Assembly: GCA_963826785.1 (NCBI GenBank)
Contig: CAWGYD010000001.1
Coordinates: forward strand, 1 to 64,000
Length of the DNA: 64,000 bases
Reading direction: 5' to 3'
From: an uncultured delta proteobacterium
GTDB lineage: Bacteria; Desulfobacterota; Desulfobacteria; Desulfobacterales; Desulfosalsimonadaceae
Of this stretch, positions 62,279-64,000 are shown piece after piece. A program made the position numbers and the translations under genes. Under the pieces are notes generated by a model. That model was not told the DNA's origin. It made no database searches and saw only the letters and a program-made list of their open reading frames with translations. Within the stretch, counting starts at the first letter, position 1; each line of letters opens with the position of its first letter.

Positions 62279-64000
62279 ATCACTCCCTCCAGCAAGGATT
62301 CGATCTTGCTCAGTAGTTGCTCGTCTTCATACCAGTTCAGTTCAATGGCCTTGGCCGGGCATTCCGCGGCACAGGCCCCGCAGCCCTGGCACAGGGCATC
62401 GTCGATGAAGCTCACCCCCTCCTCGTTGATCTTCGGCACCCCGTAGGGGCAGGACCGCACGCAGATAAGGCAGGATGCGCACCGTTCCGGATCCACCTGG
62501 GCGGTCACCGCAGACAGCGTCAAAAAGGGCTGGGACAGCATGGTGGTGGCCCGGGAGGCCGCCGCCATGGCCTGGGCGATGGACTCGGTCAGAAGCTTGG
62601 GCGCATGGGCGGTGCCGCACAGGAAGACCCCTTCGGTTCCCATTTCCACCGGCCGGAGTTTGACATGGGCTTCGATGAAGTAATTGTCTTCATTGCGATT
62701 GAGCTTCATGATGTTGGCCAGCTCCTCGGTGTCCTCCGGCCGCATGCCCGCGCTCAGTGCCAGCAAATCCGCATCGACCGCCACCTTCCGGCCCAGGATA
62801 TGGTCGGTGAAGGTGACCTCCACCTTGTTGTCTGAGGCTTTCGCCACGGGTGGATCCTCCGGGTCGAAGCGGAAGAACATGACCCCCAGTTTCCGGGCCT
62901 CGGTGTAATAGTCTTCCAGCAGCCCGTAGGTCCGGATATCCCGGTACAGGATATACACCTGGGCGTCGGGATTCATCTTCTTGATGTGGATGGCATTCTT
63001 GACGGCGCTCTGGCAGCAGATCCGGGAACAGTTGGGGTTTTCCTCGCTTCTCGACCCCACGCACTGGATCATGACCACCTGCTCGATCCCGGTCATCGCG
63101 TTTTCGTCTTCCAGCCGTTCGGACAGCTCCAGCTGGGTGAGAACGCCCGGGTGCTGCCCGTAAAGATACTCCACAGGCTTGTATTCGGTTGCGCCGGTAG
63201 CCATCACCGCTACGCCGTGGTCGATCTTTTTGCTGACCATGTTCTGGCCCACCAGCACTTCGGTCTTGAAATTGCCTTTAAATCCGGAAAAGTCCACGAT
63301 GGTGGCATCGGTGAGCACCTCGATCCCGGTGTGGTCCGTCACCTTCCGGATGAGTTCGGCCAGGTAGGACTTGACATCCATCCCCTCGATGGTGTGGGTC
63401 AATCGGTTGGCCAGGCCGCCCAGTCGGGGCTCCTTTTCCACCAGCACCACTTCGTAACCCTGGTCTGCAATCCCCAAAGCGGCGGTCATGCCGGCCACAC
63501 CGCCGCCTACCACCAGGGCCCGGCTGGTCACCGGTATCTGGCGTTCGTGCAGCGGGTGCAGGGATGCGGCCCGGGCCACGGACATGCGCACCAGTTCCTT
63601 GGCTTTTTCCGTGGCCTCTATGGGGGAATCGGCATGCACCCAGGAATTCTGGTTCCGGATGTTGGCCATTTCGAACAGGTACTTGTTCAGCCCGCAGGCC
63701 TCCAGGGTATCCATGAAGATGGGTTCATGGGTCTTCGGCGTGCAGGAGGAGACCACCACCCGGTTGATGTTGTGCTCCTTGATCACCTCTTTCATGCCCT
63801 CCTGGGCATCCTGGCTGCAGGTGAACAGGTTTTCGCCCGCATACACCACGTGGGGCAGGGTTTCCGCATATGCTTTGACCGAAGGGACATCCACCACGCC
63901 GGCAATGTTGATGCCGCAGTCGCACACGAACACGCCGATGCGGGGCTCCTCGCCCTCCACCTCGATTTCCGCCGGCCGGGTGACCTCCCTGATCAGCGTG
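62275..64000 (-). CDS. hdrA: Heterodisulfide reductase subunit A-like flavoprotein (5' part outside the window)
   Basis: GVFVC.CG.NI, NIR.Q..W, GGG.AG, QCVGSR, CSRICC, C-terminal 2x[4Fe-4S] motifs; frame open to the window edge. Confidence 0.93.
   Translation of the reverse strand, partial: TLIREVTRPAEIEVEGEEPRIGVFVCDCGINIAGVVDVPSVKAYAETLPHVVYAGENLFTCSQDAQEGMKEVIKEHNINRVVVSSCTPKTHEPIFMDTLEACGLNKYLFEMANIRNQNSWVHADSPIEATEKAKELVRMSVARAASLHPLHERQIPVTSRALVVGGGVAGMTAALGIADQGYEVVLVEKEPRLGGLANRLTHTIEGMDVKSYLAELIRKVTDHTGIEVLTDATIVDFSGFKGNFKTEVLVGQNMVSKKIDHGVAVMATGATEYKPVEYLYGQHPGVLTQLELSERLEDENAMTGIEQVVMIQCVGSRSEENPNCSRICCQSAVKNAIHIKKMNPDAQVYILYRDIRTYGLLEDYYTEARKLGVMFFRFDPEDPPVAKASDNKVEVTFTDHILGRKVAVDADLLALSAGMRPEDTEELANIMKLNRNEDNYFIEAHVKLRPVEMGTEGVFLCGTAHAPKLLTESIAQAMAAASRATTMLSQPFLTLSAVTAQVDPERCASCLICVRSCPYGVPKINEEGVSFIDDALCQGCGACAAECPAKAIELNWYEDEQLLSKIESLLEGVI

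Overview
This is a mostly core-genome segment of an anaerobic deltaproteobacterium. Desulfobacterota, probably Desulfobacterales, is inferred from gene content and repeat types. The left end (79-3722) is an AT-richer island carrying a BamHI-like Type II restriction-modification system (C, R, divergent M) plus an extra, translationally coupled alpha-class methyltransferase. It is followed by fumarase, a YihY-TamA-TamB operon, small Cys-rich/rubredoxin genes, a glycine-betaine ABC operon with an outer-membrane beta-barrel gene, a rubredoxin-membrane fusion, nadB, recD2, gmhB, rlpA, lon/hsp20, tRNA-Val(CAC), scpAB, trpS, a DHH-CBS tRNA nucleotidyltransferase and pilC-pilS. A large envelope supercluster follows: lysS-lolCD-bamA-skp-lpxD-fabZ-lpxA-lpxI-gnnA-lpxB-msbA-lptFG-lpxK-kinase, converging on waaA-kdsB-ICMT-type methyltransferase. 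The right end is an hdrA-mvhD-metV-metF operon in which MvhD has an in-frame UGA with a SECIS-like hairpin (selenoprotein). Four genes (RM methylase, tamB, the nucleotidyltransferase and bamA) carry single-base frameshifts, most likely sequencing or assembly indels. The best candidates for undescribed biology are a possible lipid A/Kdo modification pair (LmtA-like methyltransferase plus kinase), the two-methylase BamHI-like locus and the porin co-encoded with the betaine transporter. All family calls come from motif recognition, not database searches.
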